A DNA stretch of 64,000 nucleotides from Octopus vulgaris (lineage: Eukaryota), in NCBI GenBank assembly GCA_951406725.2, contig OX597821.1, positions 558,001 to 622,000 on the forward strand, read 5' to 3'. The position numbers and the translations under genes were made by a program. Under the pieces are notes generated by a model. It saw nothing but the letters and a program-made list of their open reading frames with translations. It searched no databases and was not told the origin of the DNA. Shown here piece after piece: positions 14,358 through 30,035 of this stretch. How positions within the stretch are numbered: the first letter of the stretch is position 1; each line of letters opens with the position of its first letter.

Positions 14358-14767
14358 TGATGTTGTGTGTGTGCAAATTAAGCATTGTGCTAATAAAACA
14401 ATGTAGATTACTTGATTGTACACAAACACATACTCACAATACATATTTACACCTCCACAGTCAAACACACACACGCACACACACACACACATATATATAT
14501 ACTTACACATGCACACAACTTCATGTTTGTTTGTAGACCCACATGCATATACATATGCTCATATACATACATACTCTAGTGTAGTTATGTGTGTGTGTGT
14601 GTGTGTGTGTGATGTAATCCTCATCAAACGTAAGACACCTTAAGTAGGGGAGAGATAATGCATAAGATAACAGCAAGATATTTCCTCTTTGTTTCACTTA
14701 CTGCACACATAGCTGTGTATTGTTATGGTATGCGCATGATACATACATACATATATATATATATATG

Positions 14768-14992
<225 letters not shown>

Positions 14993-15011
14993 TGTATGTA
15001 TGTATGTATCA

Positions 15012-15045
<34 letters not shown>

Positions 15046-15474
15046 AGCATCATGATTTATATATGCATAAGTGTGTGTATATATATATATATACTCAGAT
15101 GTACCTGCATAAACACACGTATAGATATGCAAATATATATACATGTATAAACATTAGTATGCATACAGATATACATACAGATATATCTGTATGTATATCA
15201 ATCTATCTATCTACACACATACATACATACATATATATATATATACACACAGATGCACAAATGTTTTTATTCTTTTAGTATTAACTTTGTGTATGTATGT
15301 ATGTATATATATATATATATACAGACAACACATACACACAGACAACACATATTTGCATACATAATTTACATATATATACAAATACATACATACATGTATA
15401 TTGGTAAAAACGGTAAGATGTATATATATGTATATATATACACACACATAATTACATGTGTATATGTAGGTATT

Positions 15475-15515
<41 letters not shown>

Positions 15516-16155
15516 CACACACACACACACAAACACAATTACATGAGTATATGTAGGTATTTGTATACATATATACATACATAAATATATATATATTATA
15601 CACACACACACATAATTATATGTGTATATGTAGGTATATATACATATATATATGTATATACACAAATGTATACACAACTGCACATATACATAGATATATG
15701 CACACACACACACACACATACATACACTCATATATGTCTTGTGTTTATATATATAAATATATATTTTGTACATTGGTTATCCAGTATGTGATACGTAACG
15801 TGCCTGGTCTTTTTAGTTTTCTATTTTGATCAGCTTTTGTTATTAATTGTGGATGTTTTTATTATTATTATCATCATCATCATCATCATTATTTTTATTA
15901 TTATTAGTTGTTGCTGTGTTGTTGTTGTTGTTGTTTTTTGTTAAGGAAATGAGTGTCTATGAAGGTGGGGTGAGTTGTATTCCAGCTATTTTGTTTTATT
16001 GTTTTTAGATATAGTAATGTTTCTTTGTCTAATACAACACTGCAACACTAGTCATTCTTCTTTCCCACCACCTCATTGAATGAGTGAGTGTGCGTTTGTG
16101 TGTATATACATTACACACACACACACACACACACATACACACACACACACACACA

Positions 16156-16235
16156 CAGGTTGTTCATAAATTACCTTTACAGTTTAGAGTATGAAAGTGT
16201 AGATATTGTAAAGATATTTTATGGATAACATCCTG
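16156..16235. mobile_element. ~80-bp Tc1/mariner-type mini-MITE; second copy at 27642-27723
   Basis: CAGGTTGTTCATAAATTACCTTTACA...TGTAAAGATATTTTATGGATAACATCCTG imperfect TIRs; both copies follow (CA)n. Confidence 0.6.
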
Positions 16236-16336
16236 TGTGCGCACGCGTGTGCGCGCGCATGTGTGTGTGTGTATATATATGTGTGTGTGTATATATATGT
16301 GTGTGTGTATGTCCGTATGTGTGTATGTGTACATAT

Positions 16337-16393
<57 letters not shown>

Positions 16394-16910
16394 CAGGCAG
16401 ATGTGACATGAAGTCCCTGGATGCAGGTAGACATGGCCTGTTAATACTGTTTTGCGAATACAAAGTCTCTGAGTTCAATTCCATGTGATGTCATTGAACC
16501 AAGTGCTATGTAACTGGGTCGACCTGAAGTCATGGCAATACCACCACCACCACCACCAACACCATCACCACCACCACCACCACCACCACCACCACCACCC
16601 CAAGCACCATCGCTACCATAGTTAGCAACACCAACATCACTATCAAGACCACTACCACTGTTGAAAGCAATAACACCCACCTCCTCCACCACCACCACCA
16701 CCACCATCACCAATAACACCTGTTGGTAGTTAGGTACAACATGATGTAATCCCTTACTCACTCCTCTTCTTACTAGACTATGACTGCTACTACTACAATA
16801 ACTTTTTAGTAGTAGTAGTAGTAGTAGTAGTAAAGGAGGTGGTGGTGGTGATGGAGGACAGTGGTAGTCAGTTGGTCACTATAGTATAGCTGGTATATAG
16901 TACAATGACT

Positions 16911-16949
<39 letters not shown>

Positions 16950-17619
16950 TATCATCACCACAACCCCCCCAATCAATTTGTAGCCCCCACCACCGACCCA
17001 GATGAATGGAGTGGGGGTGAGGGATAGTGTCTGGTGAAATGGTGTGTGGGGTGGATTGGTGGTGGTAGTTTTATTACCAATGGTGGTGTCTGTGTGGTGG
17101 ATGGTGTTGGTATTGTGCAACCATGGTGATGGTGCAGTGGTGGTCATGGCAAGATTGATAGTGATAGTGGTGTCATGTTGATGGTAATGATGTTGGTGAT
17201 TAGTGCTGTTGGTCATGGCAAGGTTGGTTATCATTTGTTAGTGTTGATGAGGGTGGTGGTGGTGGTGACTATTTATTATTAACAATGGTCACAGTAAGAC
17301 TGATTTTTATATTACAGTCAGAGATGATGAGGATGATAGAAAAGAGGGCAGTCTAAACCCCTGTTTTTTTCAAGGCTTCCAAAAAAAAAAAGGGTTTTTC
17401 ACAAACTAGAAGCCTGTTGGACTCCCTTTAAAGGCACTCAATGACCACATAAGGCATATGTGTGAGTGTTTGCATGCACCTTGTGAACAAAAGGAGGTTT
17501 GTTCACAAGGTGCATGCTGTTTGTTCACACATTGATTTTATCTTCTTTAATCCTTTGGTGGCGACCGGAGAATGGAGTGAGTGGGGTGCAGTCCTTTCAC
17601 CCAATATACTGCTTTGGGG

Positions 17620-18480
17620 GCTACTGGATGATGGACTCTTGTGATGATGCTATTCCACGCTTTCTGCTCCATGGTGCTGGCCTTAGCATGCTCAAGATCA
17701 AGGAGCTGTAACTTCAGGTCTTCCTCAATTTGTTTTGCCTATGACTTCTTTGGTGCAGCATGGATCACTGCCATCACAAAAGTTGCTGTGGTGGTGGTGG
17801 TCTTCGTCTTCTTCCAATAAGGTCTCATGCCATTAGCCACAAAGAATAATCTCTTATTCGAGCCTACTCTAAGCTACTAAGAATGCATGTGACAACTTGA
17901 AGATCCACCCACCACACCCGATAGACTGGCAGTTGCATGGGCATGAAAGCTACTTTGTTATCCTCATTCCGTAAATGGTGACTTTTAACGGATGGAGAGC
18001 TGAACCATCCTGGGTTAGGGATTCGCAATCTAGACTAGGGTCTGAAAGTTTACCACACCATATTGGGTTACACCATGGTTCCTCTGCTTTGTGGCAGAAG
18101 TAGGAAGAAAGAGTGAGAGAAAGTTGTGGTGAAAGAGTACAATGGGGTTCACCACTACGCCCCACCAGAGCCCCACCAGAGCCTCATAGAGCATAGGTGT
18201 TTTTGCTCAATAAAATACTTGTAATGCCCAGTCTGGAAATCGAAACCGCATTCTTGTGATCACGAGTCTGCTGCCCTAACCACTGGGCCATTGTGCCTCC
18301 ACAGTTGCTGTGGTTGTCTTCTGGTGCTGTGGCCAAACCACTGTAGCCTGGGCTGGCAGACTTGGCCTTCAATGGTCAGCTGATGTTGGCATTGTTCTCA
18401 GGTGTTGTTGCTTGAGATTCGGTCATGCAGAGAAAAAAACCAAGCAACGAGTTTAAATGTAAATCCATCTGGTATTAAAC
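17620..18480 (-). pseudogene. Highly decayed RTE-clade LINE 3' remnant interrupted by a family C SINE
   Basis: Minus-strand translations HDRISSNNT*EQCQHQLTIEGQVCQPRLQWFGHSTRR (~18310-18430) and APKKS*AKQIEEDLKLQLLDLEHAKASTMEQKAWNSII (~17630-17760) resemble the RTE RLxWFGH and PKKTW..EDL..W motifs. Confidence 0.5.
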
Positions 18481-18996
18481 ACCTGTGCATGGTACTGTCC
18501 TTCCCCCTGTGTGCCATTGGGTACGTGTGAGAATCTATTGTGGTGTGTAAGTGTAAATGGGAGCTTATTTGGGCTGACCAAAGCATTGCAAATGGATTTG
18601 GGAGATGGAAATTGTGTGGAAGCCTGTTGAATATATACATATAAACATGTGTAAGTATGTGAATGTGTGTGTGTGTGTGAGTGTGTGTGTATTTGTGTGA
18701 GTGTGTGTGTGTAAGTACTTTCTGGTGCTTGACAACCTGTATTGGTTTGTTTATGTCTCTGCCATTTAGCACTTTTGGCAAAAGAGACCAGTAAAATAAG
18801 TACCAGACTTAAAATCAACTAGTGCCCCAGCATGGCCACAATCCAATGACTGAAACAAAGTAACACACACACACACACGTATACACACACACATACATAC
18901 ATATATACATATATATATACATACATATACATACATGCATACATTTATATGCACACACATACATACACACACATATTTGTGTGTGGATGCACGAGT

Positions 18997-19345
18997 CCAC
19001 CACCACCACCACCAACCACCACCACCACCACCACCACCACCACCACCACCCACCACCACCACCACCACTACCACCACCACCACCACAACCACCACCACCA
19101 CCAACCACCACCACCCACCACCACCACCACCACCACCACCACCACCAACAACCACCACCACCACCAACCACCACCACCACCACCAACCACCACCACCACC
19201 ACCACCACCACCACCACCAACCACCACCACCAACCACCACCACCACCACCAACCACCACCACCACCATCACCACCACCAACCACCACCACCAACACCAAC
19301 CACCACCCCCACCACCAACCACCACCACCAACCACCACCACCACC
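18997..19345. repeat. Interrupted (CCA)n tract with periodic single-base insertions
   Basis: Runs of CCA broken by extra A/C. This generates the poly-P/T/H and poly-G/V/W ORFs in the track. Confidence 0.9.
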
Positions 19346-19929
19346 CCCAAACACAACCACCATCACTTCCTTCTTCCTGAAGGCAGCTAACAAGATCTGT
19401 AAGGTAAAGCAGAGTGTGAACAGACAGCTGGTTGATGACAATTGCTAGACTCCAATACGACCCCCCCCTCCACCACCACCACCATGACACACCCCACCAC
19501 CACCACAACCATCACCATTCAACCAAACAACACTTATATACCACTAGTAGCTACTAAATTGGGGTGCGGTGGGGGGGGGAGAGGTTGGAAAGGTGAGACC
19601 CACTGAATAAAACCAACGATTGGCTTTACATGCACGCACGGCCCCCCCCCCGACCGCCCACCTGCACTCATTCACAAATGCACACAGACACATCGGCTAT
19701 TTAATGTTTAACACCCTTTCTCCACCAGTAGAAGTGTGAGAGGGTGTGGTTAGGGGGTTGGAAGTGGTTTGGACGGGGTAGGTGGTGGGGAGGGAGGGAG
19801 TGTGGACGGCAGGTGACAGCCTTACCTGTGTGTGTGAGTTTGTATCTACCTGTCTATTTGTCTGCATCTATGTATATAAAGGGAATGAGAGACACACATA
19901 AACACACACACACGTATATATATATAGAC

Positions 19930-19982
<53 letters not shown>

Positions 19983-20006
19983 TATATGAACACCATTTAC
20001 ACACGC

Positions 20007-20047
<41 letters not shown>

Positions 20048-20105
20048 TAAACATGTACAAACGTAACTGCATTTATATACACATACATGTGTGTGTATGT
20101 GTATT

Positions 20106-20147
<42 letters not shown>

Positions 20148-20607
20148 TACATATATAAATTCACATGCTCACACACAGACACACACACACACCAAGTAAA
20201 CAAACAATGGACATTGTAGGGCAGATGTAGAGCTACATACACAGGTGAGACATACTGCTTTTTTAGATAGGTGCACCTTAGACAATCAAGAGAGAAAAAG
20301 ATGGTGGAGACTTGCATGACTGTGAGCTATAAAGGCACGTTGTTTGTATGTACAATATGTATACTTTTGCTGAGACTTTGCTTGAAGATCAAAGTAAAAT
20401 GAAACTCAATTCATGAGACAAACTTGCAGTTTTGGAAAGAAAGGAAATCTTCAACATGTACTGAGTACTCCTCATTCAGCTGACTTTAGCCATTGTATAT
20501 ACACAGGTACACACATGTGCAAGCAAGGATGTATGCATTTGATTTTTAAAATGTGACTAAGAAACTAGTCTATCAGCATGTGCTGCAATTGGTGTAATCA
20601 TAGAATA

Positions 20608-21139
20608 TTGGGTTGTCCGGAAAGTTCGTGCTGATTTATAGTAGCTTACCTTTCAACTTATTTTAGAACATGGTTGAGTCGATAAAATAGGATTTGACTA
20701 CACCTCCATTTAGAGCACAGTATCTTTTCGTGGAAGAAGGTTTATGTTCCTATAAGCTGTGTTAATTTTGAAACCCTTTAAAATGGAAGATAAGAAAGTT
20801 TATTTTCGGCACTTGATGCTTTGGGAACCAGACAAAAATTGCTGCAGTTCAGCTGGGATGTGTTACTCCACCATCCATATTCACCAGAAATTGCTCCTTC
20901 AGATTTCAACTTATTCAGATCTCTGCAGAATAGTCTTAAGGGTAAAAATTTCAATTCAATGTAAAAAGATACCTTGATGAATTCTTTGCCATGAAACCAC
21001 CTCAATTCTGGGAAGAGGGTATTTTCAAGTTAAAGGAAAGACGGAGATGCATTGTGCAACAAAATGGTTCACATTTGGCTGATTGTAATGACCTTTTTCT
21101 TTCCTTTAGAAGTTGGCACGAACTTTCCAGACAACCCAA
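20608..21139 (+). mobile_element. Internally deleted mariner element with both TIRs and TA TSD
   Basis: TA|TTGGGTTGTCCGGAAAGTTCGTGC ... GCACGAACTTTCCAGACAACCCAA|TA. N-terminus MEDKKVYFRHLMLWE is joined to the C-terminal HHPYSPEIAPSDFNLFRSLQN...FWEEGIFKLKERRRCIVQQNG. Confidence 0.9.
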
Positions 21140-22529
21140 TACATTATTGGTGCCACATAAAAAGTATGCTTGCTGGCTGCACAGAAAAGTCACCTGTGCT
21201 GGCCCCACCTAAAAGTTACCTGTGCTGGCCCCACAGAAAAATTACTTGTACTAGCCCTACAGAAAAGGTCCACCTAAAAGTTACCCGTGCTGGCCCAACT
21301 GAAAAGGTACTTGTGCTGGCCCTATAGAAATGGCACTTATGCTGGCCCACAGAAAAGGCACTTGTGCTGGCCCTACAGAAAAGGCACTTATGCTGGCCCC
21401 ATGGAAAAGATATTTGTGCTGGTCCCATAGGAAAGCCACTCATGTGGCACCATGGAAAGGCATCCATGCTGGCTCTATGGAAAAGGCACCTGTACAGGTA
21501 CCACATAAAATGCACCTGTGTTGGTGTCACGTAAAAAGCACTTGTACTGGGGCCACATAAAAAGCATTTTTGCCTGCACCACAGAAAGAGCACCCATGCA
21601 AGTGTCAAGGAAAAAGCACCCATGCTAGCACCAGGTAAAAAACACCTGTGCTGGTATCATGTAGAAAGCACCCAGTACACTTTCTAAAGTGGTTGGCATG
21701 TGGAAGGGTATCTAGCAACAGAAACCATGTTAAAACAGACAACTGAAGCCTGGTGAAACTCTCCATCAAACCATCCAACTCATCCCAGTATGGAAAATGG
21801 ATGTTAAATGACGATGAGGAACCAAAAATTACTATATCCACCTTTGACTGGCTTGAACAGTATGTGCAGCAACTGGTGATCCATAAAGAACAACATTGCT
21901 TAAGCCTGAGCTCTGGACTGGAAATTTGCAGGCATAAATGAAAAGAGGCCATATGTATAGATGTGTGTGTGTGTGTGCATATATGTATGTGTGGGTGTGA
22001 GTATGACCGTGTGTGGTCCTGTGGTTAAGGTGTTTTGGCTTACAATTATTATATCATCATTTTGATTCCTAGAACAGGCAGTGTTTTTGTCCTTGAGCAA
22101 GGCATTTCATTCCACATTGCTCCAGTTTGCTTTGGCTGAAAATGCATCTCAGTTGAGTGCTGATGCAGGCATCTCTTTTCCTTTCTATTACATCATGGAT
22201 GTGCTGCTGGATAGGAGAATGACGAGAGTGCTTATGTCTGTACATAGCTAACTATACAGGCACCTCAAACCATTAGTGAAAGCATGGTACATGTTAACAA
22301 GCTATACTTGTGATTGTGGTGGAGGTGGTGGCGATTGCAGTGGTGGTGGTGATTCTGGTAGTGGCAGTTGTGGCGATGGTGGTAGTGGTGATTGTGATGA
22401 TTGTGACTGTGGCAGTGGTGGTGGTGGTGGCAATGATGGCCACAGTGATTGTGATGGTGGCAGTGAACGTGGTGGTAGTGATTGTGATAATCGTGGTGGC
22501 AGGAACACCAAGCCTGTTTGCACTCCTCA

Positions 22530-23027
22530 CACAAAGACGTATGAGAAATGGCTTGGACATGTTAGCCATATGAAAGATGGCAGAATCCCCAAGGACATAC
22601 TCTACGGAGAGCTTGCTAGGGGTACTAGGTCTGTGGGTAGACCGCTCTTACGTTACAAGGATGTTTGCAAAAGGGACATGAAGGCCTGCAACATCATTAT
22701 TAGAGGATGGGAGGCAGTTGCCGGCAACCGTGGAGACTTGCGACGTACCGTAAAAGGGGGAACACAAAGGAGTGACAGAGAGAGAGAGGAGAAATGGAAA
22801 GACAAGAAAAGACGTCAACAAGAAAGTATTGCATTACAACCAGCCAGGAACGGTCTTCGCTACATTTGCGGCACCTGCCAGAGGGAGTGTTTGTCCGGGA
22901 TAGGACTACACAGCCACAGCAGGAAATGTATCAGGACATGAAATGTAAAAGGTGGACTAGATTATTTTATGCACAACTCCATTGTCTCCCGAGACAAAAA
23001 GGATGCCAACAACAACAACAACAACAA
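22530..23027 (+). mobile_element. 5'-truncated RTE/BovB-like LINE: ORF C-terminus, 3' UTR and (CAA)n tail
   Basis: WLGHVSHMKDGRIPKDILYGELARGTRSVGRPLLRYKDVCKRDMK...YICGTCQRECLSGIGLHSHSRKC*, followed by a short UTR and GGATGC(CAA)n. Confidence 0.9.
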
Positions 23028-23531
23028 GGTAGCGTTGACCTTGGTGGCAGTGGCAGCAGCATTGATTGTGGTGGTGGTGGTGGTGGTGATAATGATTATG
23101 TGGGATGATGGTTTTAATGCATGGCTGTATTAATGTGGTAACTTATTCCTGTATATGCACAATGGCCAGTCTCCTTTGTTGACAATTGCCCAAGAGATGT
23201 GTCACGATGGTATTTGGAGTAACACAGTGGCCTTTGCTCACTAGGGCTGGGCTATCTCAAGCCTGACAGAGTGGCGTGCATGCATGTGTGTGTAAATGCA
23301 CATGAGTATGCGTGCATGCGTGTAAGTACCTTTGTGAGTGTGTTAGTATATCTGCATAAATGTGTATCTGTAAACCTTGTATACACATGTGTATGTTTGT
23401 AAATATATGGACGTATTTGTAAGAGTGTATGTGTATGTGTGTATGTCAACATGCTCCCAAATACACATTGACATACAATTGAGTACATTGATATTTCTGT
23501 ATAAATATACATATCTGTATGTCTGTTGAGC

Positions 23532-23570
<39 letters not shown>

Positions 23571-23786
23571 ACTTTGCAAATGTGTTGGTATATCTATAAT
23601 GATCAATATCTGTATGCTTATTGAACATGTGTGTGTGTGTGTGCATGTGCAAATGTGTATAACTGTATGCTGGTATTTCTGTGTATGTGTGTGTGTTTGC
23701 ACATATCCACACACACACATAATATATACATATAAATGCAAGCATATATACATACATACATAAACATACATACTTATGTATACATA

Positions 23787-24637
23787 TTGGGTCATCTCAT
23801 AATGTGGTCTTTTTCAATTGCATGAACTAAAAGTCAGAGGGGGACAGATTAAACTACCTGCATCAACTTGCTATAAAAGCAGGTAGTAATTATAATAAAA
23901 CCTTATTCTTAGTGCAAATTTTGAAGAGTGCAGTTCGATTTTAACAGTTATTTTTTCAAAGCTATAATGGAAGTAACAAAGGAGCATATTCGGCATATTT
24001 TGCTTTATGGGTTCAATAATGACAGCAATGCAAACGTTCCGTGCCTAATTGCACACAGAGTGAATGTGTGCTCTTCTTTGCTAAACCTTTTTTGGCTCAA
24101 ATAGTGACTGGTGATGAGAAATGGGTTCTCTATAAAAATGCCAAGCACTGAAGACAATGGGTAGGGAAAGAAGAAACACCAGCACCCCAGGCTAAAGAAG
24201 GTCTTCACCCACATAAGGTGTTATTTATTTAGTGGGATATGCAAGGTTTAATCTACTTTGAACTTTTAAACTCAAACCAAATGATAACAAAGGAGATCTA
24301 CCGTGAGCAGCTTGAATGGCTTAATTCAGTGTTAGAAGGAAAACAGCCATCTTTGGTTTCAAGATGAAAGGCATCCTTCTGTCAGGATAATGCTCAGTCA
24401 CATATAGCGAGGATGACATTCCAAAGGCTGGAGCAGTTTGAATGGGAAACGATTCCACACCTACCATATTCACTGGACATTGCCCCATCGGATTATCATT
24501 TATTCTGCAGTCTTTGAAATCATATGAATTCTGTAGATGAAGTCAGAACAGTACTGGAGGAGTAATTTTTGTCATGGACAAATGAATTGAAAAATAAAAG
24601 AAGTATAAAAAAACACATTATTTATGGGATGATCCAA
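23787..24637 (+). mobile_element. Decayed mariner (DD34D-type) element with both TIRs and TA TSD
   Basis: TA|TTGGGTCATCTCATAA ... TTATGGGATGATCCAA|TA. Fragments MEVTKEHIRHILLY, VTGDEKWVLYKN, QDNAQSH and HLPYSLDIAPSDYHLF, with stops and frameshifts. Confidence 0.88.
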
Positions 24638-25404
24638 TATACATACATACCTACATACATACGTACATACATACCTACATACATACACAAATATAGTCTA
24701 ACACATATGTTGGAAATTCTGTTTGTGGTTGTGTTTGTAGAGTTGTTAGCTAACTCCTCCTACATCATTTTATCGATTTTGATGGAACTTGACACGTGAG
24801 TAGAACTCATGTCTGGAAATCTCATGGCATAATCAGATTGTTGAAAAAATTGATAATAGGGCGCCCTGGAAGGGATCCTTATATATAACTAATATATTTT
24901 ATTTTAACATCCAAGGGAAATAACCCAATCGCCCTTGGAAGGGATCCTTATATATAGACAAGGGAAATAACTCATTCATTTTCCTAAGTTATTTGGTATA
25001 AATCAAATTGAGTATGCTTATTTCTTAGTATTGGAACTATTAGAGTTATTTTCGCAATTTATCCAGTACAACCCATAAATAAGTAAATAGTATTTTCCTA
25101 AACAATAGTTCCTAAGTTCTATATACTATGGGAATGCATTAAAGCCCTTTTCAGGGCTACTTTATTTGAATTCTTACTATTGGGTAACTAATTTCATATT
25201 ATTACATAACTGACTTCACAATTTGTGTATTCATAACTTATTGGGAATTCCTAAAACAAGATACTGTGTAAGAGAGTTTGGTATTCTCTATTAATGCACA
25301 AAAACTGTCTCAAGGGCCACTGGATTGGCGAAACAATTATGAGAATGGAACCAAGGAATAAGCCCCGCTTTCCTGGAACTTACCAGCTACATCAGCTAGT
25401 ACAT

Positions 25405-25460
<56 letters not shown>

Positions 25461-25771
25461 GTGCACACACATATCCATCCATCCATCAATCTATCTATCT
25501 ATCTATATATATATATATATTCAGCTGAATACATGACTGTGAAATATGTGAGAATGCATATGTATGTGTATACATATTTATGTATGCACGTGTGTAAGAA
25601 TGCATTACTTGTGGTTAATATGTGCGTAGTACTTTATTTTCCAAATAATCTTTTTCTCTTTATTTTGTAAGCAGACACAAACATAAAGAAAGAAGCACAA
25701 ACAAGCATATTGGTGCTTATATATTTAACACAAACACATACACACACAAGTCCTGTGCCCACACATGCATG

Positions 25772-25859
<88 letters not shown>

Positions 25860-26060
25860 CACATATATATATATGTGTGTGTGTATATATATATATATAT
25901 ATAGTAAGTATGTATGCATATGCATAAATATATATTTTATTTATATTTTATATATATATATATTATTTATATTATATTACATAATATATATATATATATC
26001 TTATTTATATTATATTATATATATATATATATAGATGTATGTACATATAGTATGTATATA

Positions 26061-26115
<55 letters not shown>

Positions 26116-26679
26116 CTATATCTGTCTATCCATCTATTTGTATATACAACTAAAAGCATGCCTGAGAAATATGTAAGTGTGCATATGTATGTATGTAAAT
26201 ACGTGCACATGTATGTGTGTGCGTGCTCATGCACATATGCGTATATTTGAAAACTAAGAAAGCAAGAGAAATAGTGAAAAATGAAAGAGAGAGAGAGAGA
26301 GATAGGGAGGAGAGAGAGAAAGGGAAGTAGATATACAGAAAGGGGGAATGAGAGACAGAGAAGCAGACTAATCGGCAGAGAGACAGGTTTCAATATGAGA
26401 AGCATCTCTCAAACACTCCACTTTTTAAACGCCTACCCCTACCCTGCAATTTTTTTTTCCCAAATGTAGCCATATGTTTTTGTATAGCAATTAATAATAA
26501 TTCTGCTATTCATTTATTGTCCAGTGCCTGGTGATTCATACAGAGGGTTAAATTTAACCCTTTTAAAACAGCATTTGTTGGCAGCATTGATAATGGCAAT
26601 GACACATAGCTGTACTAAATGGAAATCCTGTTAGCAGAGAATTTGTTTGCAATATAATAATAACAACAACAACAACAAC

Positions 26680-26740
<61 letters not shown>

Positions 26741-28515
26741 GCATCCATTTTCCATGTGTTCGTGTGTGCATGTAATATATATGGGCACATACAGTATTAA
26801 ACCTAAAACTTGCTCTCAAAATAGTTTTAAACAGACATTCATGCACACACGAACATATATGTAATTGATAAGAATATCTTTATGAAGAAAAAACTATACC
26901 TACCTACCCACCTACCTACCCACCTACCTACCTACCTACCCACCTACCTACCTACACCGGTTGCCCAAGCAGTGGTGGAGGACAAACACAGTCACAATGA
27001 CACACATACATAGATAGATACACACGCACACACACGCACATATGTTTCCATCTTCCAAATCCACTCACAAGGTTGGCCCCAGACTATAGTAGAAGACACT
27101 TGTCCAAGGTACCATGCAGTGGGACTGAACCCAGAACCATGTGATTGAGAAACAAGCTTCTTATTGCGCAGCCAAATCTGCATCGGTTGTCAAGCGATGT
27201 TGGGGGACAAACACAGACACGCAAACACACACACACACACATATATATATATACATATACATATATAGGACGGGCTTCTTTCAGTTTCCATCTACCACAC
27301 GTTATGCCATCAGACCTTGCAAACACTGGATGCCAGGCTGCATAGACAAGAAGATACGGGCTGAGAAGAGTGCCGATACAGCATTGAAATGTTGATGATG
27401 AGGAAGAAGAGGATGATTATGCTGGTGATACAAACAATGTGGATGAAGATGATGATGATAATTGGTGATTGTGAGCAAATACATGCCTGGCTGAAGAAAA
27501 ACAACGGGGAAAGTCTCTGTTAATGCGATGTCAATATACAACATTACATTGGTCAACAAACTCTTAAACTGCTTGCTCAACCGAACACAAATGAAATTCT
27601 TCACACAAACAATATAACACACACACACACACACACACACACAGGTTGTTCATAAATTACCATTACAGTTTAGAGTAAGAAAGTGTAGACTTTGTAAAGA
27701 TACTTTATGGACACCAACCTCTGTATTTGTGTATGTGTATACATACATATATACACACACGCACATATATATATATATATATGAAAACACACACACACAT
27801 ATATATACGACACACATTTAAGGGAAAAGGGAAGAAAAAATCCAGATGAAGCCAATTGATTGTAAGTGCTTTTGTAGTTGACAAGACTGTATGTGGCTGA
27901 CATCTGGATTCGGACCTGAAATGGTCAAATATCCAATTATCTTTGGACTGACGACAGAAAATTACATTCCTTCAATTTACTTGCTTTTGCCTCTGGCAAC
28001 CTTTTGACTGACCAATTTAGTTTGGCTCTATTCTCCTCCCCACCATCCACCACCACACCACACCAGAACCAGCAGCCACCTATTTCATCCAGTAACATTT
28101 CAAAATACTTCCTCTTACCTGCCTCTGCTGCCAAAAGCATTCTCAGCACAAATAGACTGAGTTTAACCTTCAAAATAACTTTTATTCTGTCTTCAGGATT
28201 ATCATTATCATTATTATCATTATTATTATTATCATTATTATTATTATCATTATTATTATTATCATTATTATTATTATCATTATTATTATTATCATTATTA
28301 TTATTATCACTACTATTATCAGCACTGGACGAAAGGCTAAACGATATTTCGCCCTTCACTATGTTCTGAGTTCAAATTCCGTCAAGGCTGACTTTGCCTT
28401 TCATCCTTTCGGGGGTCTATGAATTAAGTACCAGTTGAACACTGGGGTTGATGTTATCGACTCATTCCTTCCCCACAAATTGCTGCTCTTGTGGCAAAAT
28501 TTGAAAACATTATTA

Positions 28516-28550
<35 letters not shown>

Positions 28551-28625
28551 GTGTAAGAGAACAATGCAACCTATCAAAGTGACACTGGGAGTACAAATGA
28601 GAAATACCCAATATACTCATTATCA

Positions 28626-28660
<35 letters not shown>

Positions 28661-28675
28661 GCTATTATAATTATA

Positions 28676-28711
<36 letters not shown>

Positions 28712-29830
28712 TTTGCTATTATAATTACTATTATTATTATTATTATTATTATAGTATAAATTCTTTTCCTTTTCTTGTTCAGTTTTCACTTTGCTCAAAC
28801 CCTGTATAATTACTGTATTTAATGCTAGCAACTGTTCACATACTTAAGAAGAAGGAAGGAAGGAAGAAAGAAAGAAAGGAAGCAAGCAAGAAAGAAAGTG
28901 TTCCAGAAATTTCTTCTTTTCTTTTCCTTTTCTGTTACGTTTCAGATTCTAATTGAATTGCTCAATAATCCAAGATGTTAAAAATAAACAAATAAAATAA
29001 AATAAAATAAAACAGAATAAAACAAAAGAAAAGAAAACAAAGAAACAATGAAAAAAACACAAAGAGAAAAGTAAAGGAAAAAAATAACGATTTCTTTAGT
29101 GAGACAGAAATCCTCAGATTTATAGGAAAGCAAAGAATGGGGTGATGGGGATTGAAAGGGAAGGATTGGGATTTTCATGGTGATGGATGGTGGTGGTGGT
29201 GGTGGTACTGGATTGTGAGATGTTGAAAGCTTTCTCAAGGGCATTATTCTTGTAAGTGAAGTTGAAATACCCTTTGGACATCCTTTGTCTCAAATGATTA
29301 GTTTTGCAACTATCACACTGGTATCTCAAGTTTGTACTACTACTACTACTACTACTACTACTAGTGTTTCTGCTGCAGTTGCCACGTGCTCCGTATAACC
29401 TGTTCCGCCGTTTTTGCCCTCCTTCATGCCATTTTAAATTATTTATAAAAGAAAGTGTAAATAAAAATAAAGATTTCCACCTTTGGCAGAACACCAGAAA
29501 TTCAGAAATTTGAAAGCCAAGTTGAGTAGTCAATTGAATTGAATCCCCCTTATTATATTACTGGTTATTACAATATATTTATATATATATACACACACAC
29601 ACACAGAGTAATATTACACAAGCACACAGACACATACACACACATATATATCTAACCAACTGACTAACAATAAAGAAGTGGAATTGAGCCTGTGTGTGTG
29701 TTATCATTATTGGTGTAATTATCCTCCAAATACACAACAATATATATATAGTAAAACCGAGGGGTTTGAGCAAATCTTGGCAAATTAACTTAGAAGCATC
29801 TCTGCATATTTTTGGCTAGATAGACTGTTC

Positions 29831-29865
<35 letters not shown>

Positions 29866-30035
29866 ATTCAACTGGTCAAATCTACAATCTATAGAATCCC
29901 AGTATATTGCAAGTCTGTGTATGTATTAAAGAAATAATTGGTACATTTTGCAAGGTGTAATATTTAATAAACAAGAATGATTAAGAATGGGTTGTTCAGA
30001 GCACCATCACATGCATTGCTTCAGTAGCATCTTAT

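Noticed and set aside
21148-21670. Regular ~28-nt repeats suggesting a CRISPR array
   Set aside because: Units are contiguous and degenerate with no unique spacers, there are no cas genes, and the context is eukaryotic.
27937-28359. ORF with EDRIK..SLFVLRML resembling the CELF RRM2 start EDRKLFVGML
   Set aside because: Spacing is wrong, there is no RNP1 motif, and it is preceded by a trinucleotide repeat without a credible acceptor.
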